IMG/VR virus record: IMGVR_UViG_3300046167_000659
Span: 2,608 to 66,607 of that record
Source: a virus
DNA: 64,000 nucleotides
Reading direction: 5' to 3' (one strand)
The stretch's first letter is position 1; each line of letters starts with the position of its first letter. Of this stretch, positions 39,829-52,500 are shown in pieces. A program made the position numbers and the translations under genes. The notes below the pieces were generated by a model. That model worked only from the letters and a program-made list of their open reading frames with translations. It did no database searches and was not told where the DNA came from.

Positions 39829-42800
39829 ATGCCAGAGTTTATTCATAATTTTACTAAAGGTAAAATGAACAAAGACCTTGACGAACGTTTAGTTCCGAAT
39901 GGAGAATATAGAGATGCTTTAAATTTAGATTTAGCTAACTCTGATGCTAGCGATGTTGGAACTATGCAAAACATAGCTGGTAATTTAGAAATTAGAAATA
40001 AAATAGGTGCAGGTGCAACCTGGACCGGGGGCTACATAGATTCTATGACAAACCCTGTTTGTATAGGATCTTATAGAAACGACATAAACGAAAGAATATA
40101 TTGGTTTATAGCTAGCGACGGAGTCAGTGCTATTGCAGAGTATGATGAAGTTAAAAATGCAGTAAGCCCTGTGTTAGTGGACACTGCAGGGATTTTGAAT
40201 TTTTCAATTGATTATTTAATTACAGGTATAAATGTAATTGATAAGTTTTTGTTTTGGACAGACGATCAAACTGAGCCAAAGAAGATTAATATTGAAAAGT
40301 TTAAAACAGGATCTACCAATTTCTCAACACATAGTAAAATACCTAAATGGGAACCCAACCAAGATAGCTATAACACAAACTTATCTGGACGCCCTGATTT
40401 CGTAGAAGCGGATATCACTACAATTAAACTATCACCTTTAGAAGCTCCAACTCATTTTATGGGAGCTAGTGCTTCTGATAACCCGGGGCAAGCACCCCAA
40501 CCAGGTACAGGTATAGACCCGCTTACTACAAGCTGGGGCTACTTAAATATTGAAAACTTTACTTACAAGCCAAACATTATAATTAATCCAATAGGGTTTG
40601 AATCATTACCTACGTACGCTCAATACTTAGATCTTATAGATCCAGTTACAGGTGACCCAAATGTTTTTGAAAACTCAAGCTTAAATCCCGCAAATTCTGA
40701 GTCATACCCTAATGGGTCTAACACAGCCCCTTATTGGGACGGAAGAGTTACTTTTCAAGTAAACCAAACACCTGGCAGCGCTTTACAAGTTGGAGAGATA
40801 TTAATATTATCAGGAGAAATGGTTAACCAATTTGGGCCAAACGACGATTATGAAATAAGTTTAAAAATACATGCTATAAATGGTGTTTCTATAACTGGTG
40901 AAATACAAGGCTATTTCTAAAAACATAATTAAATCTTTAGACAGCGAAGGTGAGGTTGAAGCTATATCTTGGGATGTGCTTTTAGTAGAAAAAAAGCCTT
41001 TGTTTGAATACGTTTTTCCAAGATTTGCATACAGATGGAAATATATAGACAACGAGTATTCTTGTTACTCTCCGTTTTCTTCAGTAGCCTTTATTGGCAA
41101 TGATTTTGAGTATCTTTCATCCGACGGTTACAATGTTGGAATGACCAATAACTTAAGGAAAGCTTATAATTCAGGATTTAGTTTGGAACGCTGAAGAAAT
41201 TTCTGAAATTGACATACTTTATAAAGAGTCTAACAACACAGCTGTTTATGTAGTTGATACATTGAAAAAAAGTGACTATCAAAACACTACTTTACCCACG
41301 GAGTATGAAATAAAAACAGAGTTAATTGGAGCAGTGGTTGAAAGCAATCAACTGCTTAGACCTTGGGATAACGTGCCTCGCGAAGCTAAGTCTCAAGAGA
41401 TAATTGGCAATAGAATTGTTTATGGTAATTATTTACAAAATTATGACACCGTAGGTGTTGTTAACGAAAGTACTGGTGAAATTTCAACACCAGTTAAATT
41501 AAACACGACATTGTTTTCTACAGAATATCCTGATTTATTAATTACCGACGAGGGAGCTACAGTTTCTACAACATTGCCATATGCATCTCTAAAGTCAATA
41601 AGAACATACCAAGCTGGTGTAGTTTATAAAGATGCTTATGGAAGAGAAACACCTGTTTTTACGAGTGAAAACTCAGGGCTTCAAGTAGATATTGTTAACT
41701 CTTCTACTGTAAATAAACTAGCAATACAACCTACTAACATACCACCTAGCTGGGCAACACACTATAAGTTTTTTGTAAAAGAAACTTCAAATGAATATTA
41801 CAACTTAGCTTTAGATAGATATTATTTAGCAGAAGATGGAAATGTTTGGCTATCTTTTCCTTCTTCAGAAAGAAATAAAATAACTGAAGAATCTTATTTA
41901 ATATTAAAAAAACAGCACGATAATAACGTTGCTGTAAAAGAATTAAATAGATACAAAATATTATCTATTGATAATTCTGCTCCAGACTTTATATCTAAAT
42001 TTGACAATTTCGTAGCTTCAAGAGATGTTGTGGCTGAAAATGAAATTGAGCCTGGTAGAATAACTATAGAGTTTGGGACAGGTAGTGATCCTGGTGCTAC
42101 TTTTAGAGGTGGCTTAAATAGTAGTGCAAATAAATTAACTATAACATATCAAGGAATAACGTCTAATAAGTATGATATCTCAGGGCTCAACCCCTAGCGA
42201 AGACAACACAAGCTTTGATGTAGTTTTGTCACAACCCTTAGGCAATGAAGTGCCTAATATAGATAATGGATCGGATTTAACTATAACTATATATGAAGAA
42301 GTAACCAAAAAACTGCCTGAATTTGAAGGTAGATTTTTTGCAAAAATAAACAGAGACTTTGCTTTTGACACTAATATTATAGATTCATTTGATGCTCAAA
42401 AAACTGATTATGCTGTTGTTGATGAAATTGACTTTGACCACGCAGTTGCAGAAGGAGCTGGCTACGATGGAAGTTATCATTACGCTGATAACGGAAGAGG
42501 TTCTTCATCGGATGGGTGTCCTTCAAGGCCTGAATGGTACAGGTTATTAGGATGGACAGGTTATAGTCAAACTTATGGTGACAGAATGGGTGACGAGCGA
42601 GATTTTGGATATACACCTCCCACAAGACAAAGCAACAAGTTTGGGTACGTATTCGTAGGTCGACGCGATGGGGTTGTAGATAAAATGACAGGTAGAATTT
42701 TAGAAGGTGCTTTAACAACTCCAACCGGAACAATAAATCCAGGAGCTAAAATAAGGTTTGCTAATAGCGATCCAAACGCCGCCTTCAGTGATAAACTATC

Positions 42801-45350
42801 AAGACCCTACACTATAATTGAAACACAGTCAAAACAATCTGCTAGAGGTGGAAGGCAAAAGCCTGGTTATGAAACCAATTGCTTTGATAAAAATTTGGGG
42901 CCAAACTGGAAATACGCTGTGATGATTGTTTTGGATAAGCCAATAACAGAATCCTGGATGCCTAACGCAAATGAATGGAATGTTTTAGAAACAGTACTAC
43001 CTAGTATACAACTTATACGACCAGTTTATGAAGGCGGTAATAAAGTTTTAACCTCTAGCAATCCCGCTATTTTTGAAACAGAACCTAAAGAATCTATTGA
43101 CTTAGACTTATACTATGAAGCCTCAAACGCGTTTCCTATTTCTGAATATAATACAGAAAAAACCTTAGACTGGTTCAACTGCTATATTTACGGCCAAGGT
43201 GTTGAGTCTAACCGTATAAGAGACGACTACAACGCTCCTTTTATAGACAAAGGACCTAAAGTATCTACAGTGTTAGATGCTCCTTATAGTGCTGAAAGAA
43301 GAGGTAGTGGATTTATATTTTCACAAATATACAACTCTACCTCTGGAATAAACAGATTAAACCAGTTTATACAAGCAGAACCAATTACAAAGGATCTTAA
43401 TCCAATACATGGTACGATACAAAAATTGCACGCTAGAGACACTGATTTAATATCTCTGTGTGAAGATAAATGTTTCCGTATATTAGCTAATAAGGACGCT
43501 CTATTCAACGCTGATGGCAACGCAAACTTAACATCTAATCAAGCTGTATTAGGTCAAGCTGTTCCTTATGCTGGAGAATTTGGTATATCTAAAAACCCAG
43601 AGTCATTTGCATCTTATGGCTTTAGATCTTACTTTTCAGATAAAAACAGAGGTGCTGTAATTAGACTTTCTGCTGACGGTATAACTAACATAGCAGAAAA
43701 AGGGTATGTCTAGCTTTTTTGCAGATAACTTAAGAACTACCTACAAAAGCTATAGGTAGTTATGACGATGACAAGGATATATACAACCTTACATTGAACA
43801 ACTTGTCTAGCTATTGGCAAAAGAGATTAAGCCTTGATGCTAACTACCAATTAGACCCAGACTGCGAAGACGCTCCTGATAGCCTAGTACCTAATACAAC
43901 GGTATCGTTTAAAGAAGGTGTAGATGGATGGACTAGTAGAAAAGATTTTATACAAGAATCAGGTGTAACATTAAACAATAATTACTACACTTTTAAAGAT
44001 GGTCGTTTTTGGTTACATGGGGTTAATCCTTTACATAACAACTTTTATGGAGTTCAATATGACAGCTCTTTTAATGTTGTTTTTAATGAAATGCCTCAAG
44101 TTGTAAAAGGCTTTAGCACTTTAAATTATACAGGCACAGCTTCTAGAGTACTTGAATACCAAGGGCCAAACGAAAAATGGTATTCTATAGCAGAAGTTAA
44201 TGCTAATCAAATAATACCTGAATTTTCACAGATTAAAAAGCACGGCTGGTACACTAGCTTTATTAGAACTGATCTTGAGGCTGGTAAAATTAAAGAATTT
44301 CAAAAGAAAGAAGGCAAGTACTTTAATTACATAAAAGGCACTTTAATTGGATGTGAACCTGATGGTGGGGGTATTGGACCTTGTTTAGACTGTGGAGATG
44401 ATACACCTCAAGACTACTTATTAACAGTTACTATTGACGAAACTTGTAGCAGCTCAGGCTCTCCTACCCCAGATACTACTTTTGAAGGTTGGTATGAATG
44501 GAATGCTAAAGGAAAAGACTCTTCAATAAAAAACTCACCAACAGCCGAAGAGGCGAAATGTATTATAGATGATTTTTACACTTATATAGGAGGCGGCTAC
44601 TCAAGTATACAACAGCGTAGAAGAAACTACTTTAAGTATGTTTTTTCGGATGGAATTCAACCAGGCACTCAAATGTACGACTTTTATACATCAGGAACAG
44701 AGCCGGATGTTATTCCTAACGGAGGTACTTTCTTATGGACTAAACAGCCAATAGAAGCAATTCCAAGCGATGTAGCTTTAGACTCTAGCAATCCCGCTAC
44801 AGTACCTGACGCTTACAGTATAGTTATAATTGGGTCTGATGGAATTGTTGATTCAGTTACACAATATAATACGTTAACTAGCTGCGCTCCTACAACCCCA
44901 GACATGTCTAGAAATTTTAATAGCACCCTAAAAGCAAACAATTCTGACCCTCAAATACCTCCTTTTCTTGTTTCATCAGGGCACACCAGCGCAGATAACT
45001 TTTTATGTAGCTTAAGGTCATTTATGAATTTGTTTTGGGAGCAAAAAGATGATCCAAACATAGACGGACCTAATGGGGGATGGTCAGGCGGTACGCTGTG
45101 GTGGCATGGCCCAGGAGAAATTGAGCTTGGTAAGGTTCTTTATACAAATCCTGATTCTTTAACCGTTGCTCTTTTACGTTCTTATTTGGTGACTGGACCA
45201 GTGGGAGGTAACATTGAGTACGATGCAGCTAACAGGTGGACTGATGTATCTGTGTTACCTGATAGTTATAAGTTAATTAAAACGGACGAAAATGGGGTGG
45301 TTATTGAAATTACTCAAATGAATCAAATCCCAAACCCTTCATGCAATTAA
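39829..45350 (+). CDS. Tail stabilisation/nozzle protein (fragmented by several probable single-base errors)
   Basis: GKMNKDLDERLVPNGEYRDALN start, GNRIVYGNY, GVESNRIRDD, FGISKNPESFA, GWTSR, KEGKYFNYI spread over five track ORFs. Confidence 0.7.
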
Positions 45351-45364
45351 AATAAAAAATAAAT

Positions 45365-47411
45365 ATGCCAAGTTTAAATAATTATACATTTACAAATGTT
45401 CAGTACACTATACCAGAAGGAACCGATGTTGTTTCATTATACCCTACAGCGCAAATAACAATTGTGCCAAATAGCGGGTATACAGCAAACGCTGCAGATT
45501 TTTCACTAGACCCTAGCTTTTCTGACAACGCAGTACAATCCGTGGTTTTTACTCAAGATGGTTTAAACGTACTTTGTACAGTAACGTTCAATACAGGGAT
45601 TTGTTATGCCATCGGGTAATTACACAATACCGCTTTGTGTTGTAGGACAATCAGAAGTAGCTTTAATTATTATAGAAGGAACATTTACTGCTAACGTAGG
45701 GCCTAATATTTCAGGAGACGTAAACGAAAGTGTTCCTTATGCGAGCTCGGGAAACGCTGGAGAACTTGAATTGCTTTTTACTAAAAATTACACAGCTGAT
45801 CCCGGTTATTACTTAACATCAACTGGACTTCAAGTTGTCGCAGGTAACGCGTCTAATTACAATATAGTTCAAGCGCCTACTTATGATGGGGATAACAATT
45901 TAACAGGTATTAGTTATGCCGTTAATTATTTATATCCTAATCAAAGTATATATGACGACGAGTTACGAATAAATCAAGTTTCAGCAAATGAAATATTTGT
46001 CGCTCCTCAGTATATTACAAGTTACTCTAGCTTACCTGGCACGGTTAACGGCTTTGGGCAGGAAGTTACTGGTTGGCGAATATATGGAGGTGAAGGAGCT
46101 AGCGTTACGGCTACTTTAGTAAGCGCTAATCACTCTGCCATTATTTGCAGCGACACCATTGATAGCTCCGGCTTTATAAGCGCTGACATTTTATTTCCGT
46201 CTATAGCAGGAGGTAGTAGTGCTATTGAAGTATACCAAATAACATTAACAGGAGATTTAGATCCGGATTTTTCCCAAGCAAATCCTGTAACAATTTGGCA
46301 AAGCACAATGATACCTAGAATAGAATTTACAGCAACAACAACTGGAAATATAACAGGATTCACTCCGGTGGTTAAAACCTCGTCAGCTTTTAGTGATTTC
46401 CAAAATGGCCCTCAAGTGGTAAACATACAATGGACATTAACATCTCCTGATACTTTAGTGGTAGATCAAGTTGCAGACGCAGTTACACTAACCAATGTAG
46501 GTTCTGTGGTGGTTACTACTACAGCTGCTTCAACTAATTCACCTACCATAACAGTAGATGATACATCAAATGTAGTTGTAGGTAGTAAGTTTAGCTTAAG
46601 CGGTACAGATAGAGGGGTTTATGACTATGAAATAACTGGAGTTAATTCACCCACTGAAATATCTGTATCTCCTAACATCACTATAGCAAACGACTTTTCA
46701 ATTTTCGCTTATACAAACAACGGCAATAAAGTTGACGACGTATCTTTTAGTATGACTGAAAACTCAGATGGTTCAATAACTTTTAACGCTGAAGCATCAA
46801 TATATTACTTTGGCGCAGCAGACACTACTTTTACATTCTTGTTAGATAACTTAGTAAAAGAAATACCTTCAATAGCATGTGCATCATCTGCTGTTAGTGG
46901 AGGCGAAGGTATAACAGACTATTCTTTAAGCTTAGATCCAACAGGAGGCGTTATAGCGTTTTTAGTTAACGGGCAAGGTTTACCTGATAAGTTTGAAATA
47001 TTGCACGGAGGAGCGTCAGGCGACAAGAAGGCAACCTCTAGCATGAGCGCTTCTGGAAACTTTGGACCGTTTGACAACGTTTTTGGAACTGAACCTAACA
47101 ACTTAATTCCAACTTCAGCACAGCTAAATGCAGATCAATTTATAGGCTCTTATAAATACGCGCCTTCACCGTTTGCTCCAAGTAGAACTTCAGAATTTTT
47201 TAATGATACTGGATTTATTATACCAAGTATGACTGTAGGTGGAACTACTTATCAACAAGTTGTTTGGTGGCAATACACAGCAGCCGATTATACTAGTAAT
47301 CCAAATGCAACAATGAGAATAACAGGGCCAAGTGGAACTGGGTGGGATATATTAAGAGTATGCTGCTTAGACCCGTCTGATCCTAATTGCACGCTACCTC
47401 CTTCACCTTAA
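45365..47411 (+). CDS. Beta-rich structural protein (probable frameshift near 45597)
   Basis: T/S/V-rich; the two track ORFs join with one base removed. Confidence 0.6.
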
Positions 47412-47422
47412 AAAATAAAAAT

Positions 47423-47761
47423 ATGGCAAATATAACTTTAACATTTTCAAACCCCTTACCTGAAGGAATTCAAGTAGGAGACATCGCTTGGTATTTAGAT
47501 GTTGATGCCGAACCTGCACCTGCAGAAGTAGAAATGGGACCAATACTTTCAATAGGAAGTAACCCTGTTTCTATAACTGTAGACGCAGCAGTAGGCGTTG
47601 GTTCTCCCTCGCAAGATGATTTTATTTTTTATGCTGAAAATCCTATTGGTTTTTTAGGACAGCTTAAAGGCTACTACGCTGAAGCTCAATTTAGGAATAG
47701 CTCAACAAGTTCTGCAGAGTTATTTTCTGTAGGCTCAGAGATATTTGAGAGTAGTAAATAA
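47423..47761 (+). CDS. Structural protein
   Basis: LKGYYAEAQFRN...ELFSVGSEIFESSK. Confidence 0.65.
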   Translation: MANITLTFSNPLPEGIQVGDIAWYLDVDAEPAPAEVEMGPILSIGSNPVSITVDAAVGVGSPSQDDFIFYAENPIGFLGQLKGYYAEAQFRNSSTSSAELFSVGSEIFESSK

Positions 47762-47792
47762 CGTGTAATAATAATATATAAAGCAATAGAAT

Positions 47793-48404
47793 ATGATACC
47801 AATGGGAGCAATAATGGCTGGAGCACAAGGAATCGCTGGAATAGCAGGTGGTTTAATTGGCTCTCGCAAAAGAAAAAAAGAACAAAGAGCTGCTCAAGCG
47901 GAGTTTAATAGAAGAAAAGGGCAGTTTGAAGATTTAGATACATCAAACTTGTATACTAATTTAGAAAACGTATATGAAGATTTAACTGTGAACCAGCAGC
48001 AAGCAGAGTTCACTAATAGAGCCCAACAACAGTCAATGGCTAACACAATGGCTGGTATGCAAGGTGCTGCTGGAGGATCAGGTATTGCCGCTTTAGCTCA
48101 AGCTATGGCTAATCAAGGTTCGTTAAATGCTGAAAGAGCAGGTGTATCAATAGGACAACAAGAAAGAGCTAATCAAGCTGCTCAAATGCAGCAAGAAGCA
48201 CAGAACCAATTATTAGAAAGACAAGGTGAAGGTCAATCAAGAGCTGCAGAACTAAATAAAGTAAGTACGCTAATGGGTATGGCTGGTCAAAGGTTAGGTG
48301 CTGCTAACCAAGCGAGAGCCGCTGGTAAACAAGCCATTTTAGGCGGAGTAGGAGATATACTAGGTGGAGCCGGGCAAGCACTTCCTGGAATGATGCGGAA
48401 TTAA
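47793..48404 (+). CDS. Internal virion (ejection/pilot-like) protein
   Basis: G/A-rich hydrophobic termini with a Q/A-rich core. Confidence 0.65.
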   Translation: MIPMGAIMAGAQGIAGIAGGLIGSRKRKKEQRAAQAEFNRRKGQFEDLDTSNLYTNLENVYEDLTVNQQQAEFTNRAQQQSMANTMAGMQGAAGGSGIAALAQAMANQGSLNAERAGVSIGQQERANQAAQMQQEAQNQLLERQGEGQSRAAELNKVSTLMGMAGQRLGAANQARAAGKQAILGGVGDILGGAGQALPGMMRN

Positions 48405-48416
48405 ACTTAAAATAAA

Positions 48417-49588
48417 ATGACAGAAGAACAATTATTATCAAAAGACAGGCAGAAAGTAGCCCAGTTTTTAAGTTTAGCAGATAGTGGTACTGTGCAAGCA
48501 GGGCTAACACCTAAGCAGAAGCAACAGCAGACAGAATATATAATGCGCCAAAGAGATATATATGCTAACGCAGCGTTTAGAGCTCAAGACAAGCTTATCT
48601 CAAAAACATCACCTGCTTACCTACAGAACATACAAGAAATGAATCAAGTTAAAAGTAACTTAGAAAACTTGGCTGTGCAACAAAAAGCTATAGGGGATAA
48701 CCAACAGCAGTATCTTGACGATGTAGAAAATGGTAGAATATCTAAAGCTAACTACGTAGACGGTAAGTCAAATGGTTTAGCTGACATTTATTCAGGCGTT
48801 GCTAACATGAACATTGATGATTTTGGAAATTTAACGTTTGAAATTGACGGTGAATACAAACCATATGCTCAAGTCGCTGATTATTCTTTAAAGTCAATAG
48901 ATACAGCTAATGGTATTTTAGATTTAGTAGATAAAGTAGCTAGTTCTAAAAAACCAATGAATAAAGCTCAAATGGGTATGTTTGACAATAGAATAAAAAG
49001 CATTATCAATGAAGCATCCAGATCTGATGTTGTGTCATTAATTAAAGACGACTTACTGCCAGGTTTTGAAAGCATTGATATTGACAGCGAAATGTTTAAA
49101 ACAGAAAACCTACCTGCGTTAAAAGATATTGTTATAAATACAATAAACAGCGCAGCTAATGATATCAATAGTAGCATTCCAGTTCACGTTGATGGACCTA
49201 AAGAAAACACTCCAAAAAAAACTCAAGCTGAGATAAATAGAGAAGAGAAACAAGAGACAATAGAATATAGAGGAAAAACAATTGTCAACGGTTTATTGGA
49301 AAATCCAATGAGTCTACAATAAGACAATACTTTGGTCTTGATGGAGTTGATATAAAAGGCAAGGTAATAACAATAGGTGAAGGTGATGACGCGCAGGTAT
49401 TTGATATGAATAGAGCTGAGGATATAGCTAATCTAGCTGGTCAAATGGATGCGTTTAAGTATGGATCTGATAACATAACAGACTTAGTAGCAGAGCAAAT
49501 ACCATTGTACATTGACAACAGAAGACTAAGTCGTGGAGAAAAAAGAATAATGACAAGTGGTTTACCAGGTTCAAATAAACAAAATTAA
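48417..49588 (+). CDS. Probable internal virion protein (possibly frameshifted near 49320)
   Basis: Helical ORF(s) between the pilot-like and giant genes. Confidence 0.55.
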
Positions 49589-49591
49589 ATT

Positions 49592-52500
49592 ATGTTCGAA
49601 TACGAAGGAAATGAATACTCATTAGAAGATGTAAAACAAGCTGCTTCAAATCTTGATATGGGATTTGACGAGTACGTTAAAAAGTATAATCTTAAAGAAA
49701 AGGGAAAAGCAAACGGTGTTGCACAACAGGATGCAACTGTAGCACCTCAACCGGAAATAGCATCCGAGAATATGGACTTAGAGCCGGAAAATGGTTCTTT
49801 GGATTTAAAAGAAATTGATCTTGACACGTATATAACCTTACAGCCACAGCAGAAAATGGGCGTTCCTTACGAGCGCAGAAAAGAGCTAAATAAAGAGCGT
49901 AGAAAAAGAGATTTTCAGATAAAAAAAGATAGAGCTACTTCAACAGAAGAAGCTAAGCTATTTAAGGATATGACTGAAGGTTATTTCAGTAATCCTTCTT
50001 TATATGAAAACGTACAAGACAAAGGCTTCTTTAATAAATTAATTACTAAAATAGCATTTCCTACTTTAGAGTGGGGTACAGATGCTGGGGTTAGAGTTTT
50101 TGATGAAGAAAATATTGAAGCTAAAGGTAGGATAGATGGTACTGTGTCTGAGCTTAATAAAAATCCAGAATATAAAGAAGAAATAGTAGAAGGTTTAAAG
50201 AAAAGGTTTAAGTTTGAGCATCCTGACATGGAGCTTCCTGATGTCTTAGCTATAGATAACTTTGTAGACAACGCTATAGATAAGAAAATAAGCGAAGAGC
50301 GTAACATAATAATTACAAAAAGACAAGAAGCTAAAGAAAAAGACGAAGCAGTTGTTGATACATATAAAAAAGGATTGCCGCTATATATGTCTAAAGGTAT
50401 AGTTTCTGAAGAAGAAGCACCTGGTATAAAAATAACGAATGAAATATTAGAGCTAGAAGAACAAAAAGAAAAATTACTAGAACAAGATCCTGCTTTAGAC
50501 GCTAAAATAAAGGCTAAACAGAAAGAGCAAGAAGAAATATTTAAAAAAATTGATGAAAACTACACGTCTTACTTTGACATATCAACTAATAAAAGACTTA
50601 CGGCTCTAGAGAAGCAAGCTAGAGAGGACGCTGGCGAAGAGGAAACTATGGTTGACAAATCTAAAGAATTAACAGCTTTAGAAAAGTTCTACTCTTCACA
50701 GCCTAGAGAGAAATTAAAAACACAATATTACGGCAACATATCTGATATTGAAAACTTAGAACAAGAATATAAAGATATATGGAATACGGTCTCAGCTGAA
50801 GACACTGATGTTTATGAAAAAATAAAAAATACTGATTTTTTCAAAAATTTAAGTAATAGAGAAAAGGCTATAGAGTCTTTAAACTACCTTAGCGATGAGC
50901 AAAGAGATAGAGCTAAAAAAGAACTAGGTTTTATTGATGAAGATTTAAAAACATCGTTATTAGAAGCTGAAGCTCTTAAAACAACCTTACTGCTCAATAG
51001 GGATCCAGCTAGCGTTAAATCAGACGGTGTTACTAGGTTTTTTGAATCTGCTGCTGAAGCCACTTTTGGTGAAAAAGATATAGTTCTAGATTTTGGTACT
51101 TCAAAAAGAAAAGAACTAGATCAGCTAGAAAAAACACTAAAAGATGCAGATATAGATCTTACTAAAGATCAAAAAGAAAATTTTGAAAGAAGCATAGCTA
51201 TGGAAGTGACTGAAGGCGTTGGTGCTTTTGTTCCTGAACTAGCTAAGTTCGCTGTCGCTAATAAAGCACAGGGCGCATTAGGTATGACTAAGGTTTTAGG
51301 TAACTTAATGAAGTCTAAAAAAACTATAGATAGAGTAAAAGGCTTTATGCTTGGAGCTGTTTTAGAAGAAGCTAAATTTAAAGCTGTAACAGTAGGTGAG
51401 TCTGAACTAGGTGCTGGTGCTTTCTTTTTTGTGGGTGGCGCTGGTGCTAGAGCTTTAACGCCTTTTAGATTTACAGGTAAAGCAGCTGCTTTTAATCCTG
51501 CGTTAGAAAAGATTGCTTTAGCAGGTGTTGGTGGAGCAACAGCTAGTGAAGTAGCTTTAGTAGGCGAAGGTTTTTTAAAGTCTTTAGAAGGCAATGTTGA
51601 CTTTGAAGCATATATGAACGAGAACTTTGGTGAAGATGCTAAAGCTATGAGAAGGTTTGCTGTAAACGTTGGAGTTTTCGGTTCTATTGGAGCAACTGGC
51701 ATGAAAGGCACGGATTGGATGTCTATGTCTGGTAAGTACAAACTTCTTGACAAGCTTAAAAACGATTTATCTACTGGTGAATTAAATTCTTCTCAAGAAA
51801 AGCAGAAAATAAACAGCATAGAAACCTTAACAAGAGACATAGCTATATCGGAAAGAAGCTACGACAATCTTGTTATGTCTGATCAATTAGAGAATAAAGC
51901 TAACGCTGAAAAAGCTTTAGCCGAAGGTAATCTTACTTTTATAGAAAAAAGACAAGCTAAAAAAGCTGTGTCAAGGGCTAATGCAAACATTGACAGAATA
52001 AGAAGAAAAGTAAACACGTTTAAAACAAACGTTGAAAAAAGCGGAATACTTGTTGGTGATAAAAAACTAAAAGTAATTGTCACTGAAAATGGTAAAGACG
52101 CACAAGGTAGAGATCTTATAGCTAGTGACTCTAAAGCAGAGTATATATCAGAAAAAGATGGTATACCAATGAACGCTATAGTTGTTAACATAAGCAAAAT
52201 GCGACCTGGCGTTGGAGGTCACGAGCTTGGTCACGCTTACTTTAAAGCTGCTTTTGACGCTAACCCTAAAGCTGCAGAAGCTCTTAGAAGTAAAATAGAG
52301 ACTCAAGTAGAGCCTATTTTAGATCCATTTTTTAAAGAAGCAACAGGGTCAACATTTAAAGAATTTTTAGACAAGACGTACGAGAAAGATTTAACAGCCG
52401 AAGAGTATGTTTTTAACGTTGTAGAGCAACTTTCTAAGCCTAAGTTTAGAGATGTTTTGTTGAAACAAGGTGTATTACCAGGTCTAAAAAGAGCTATAAA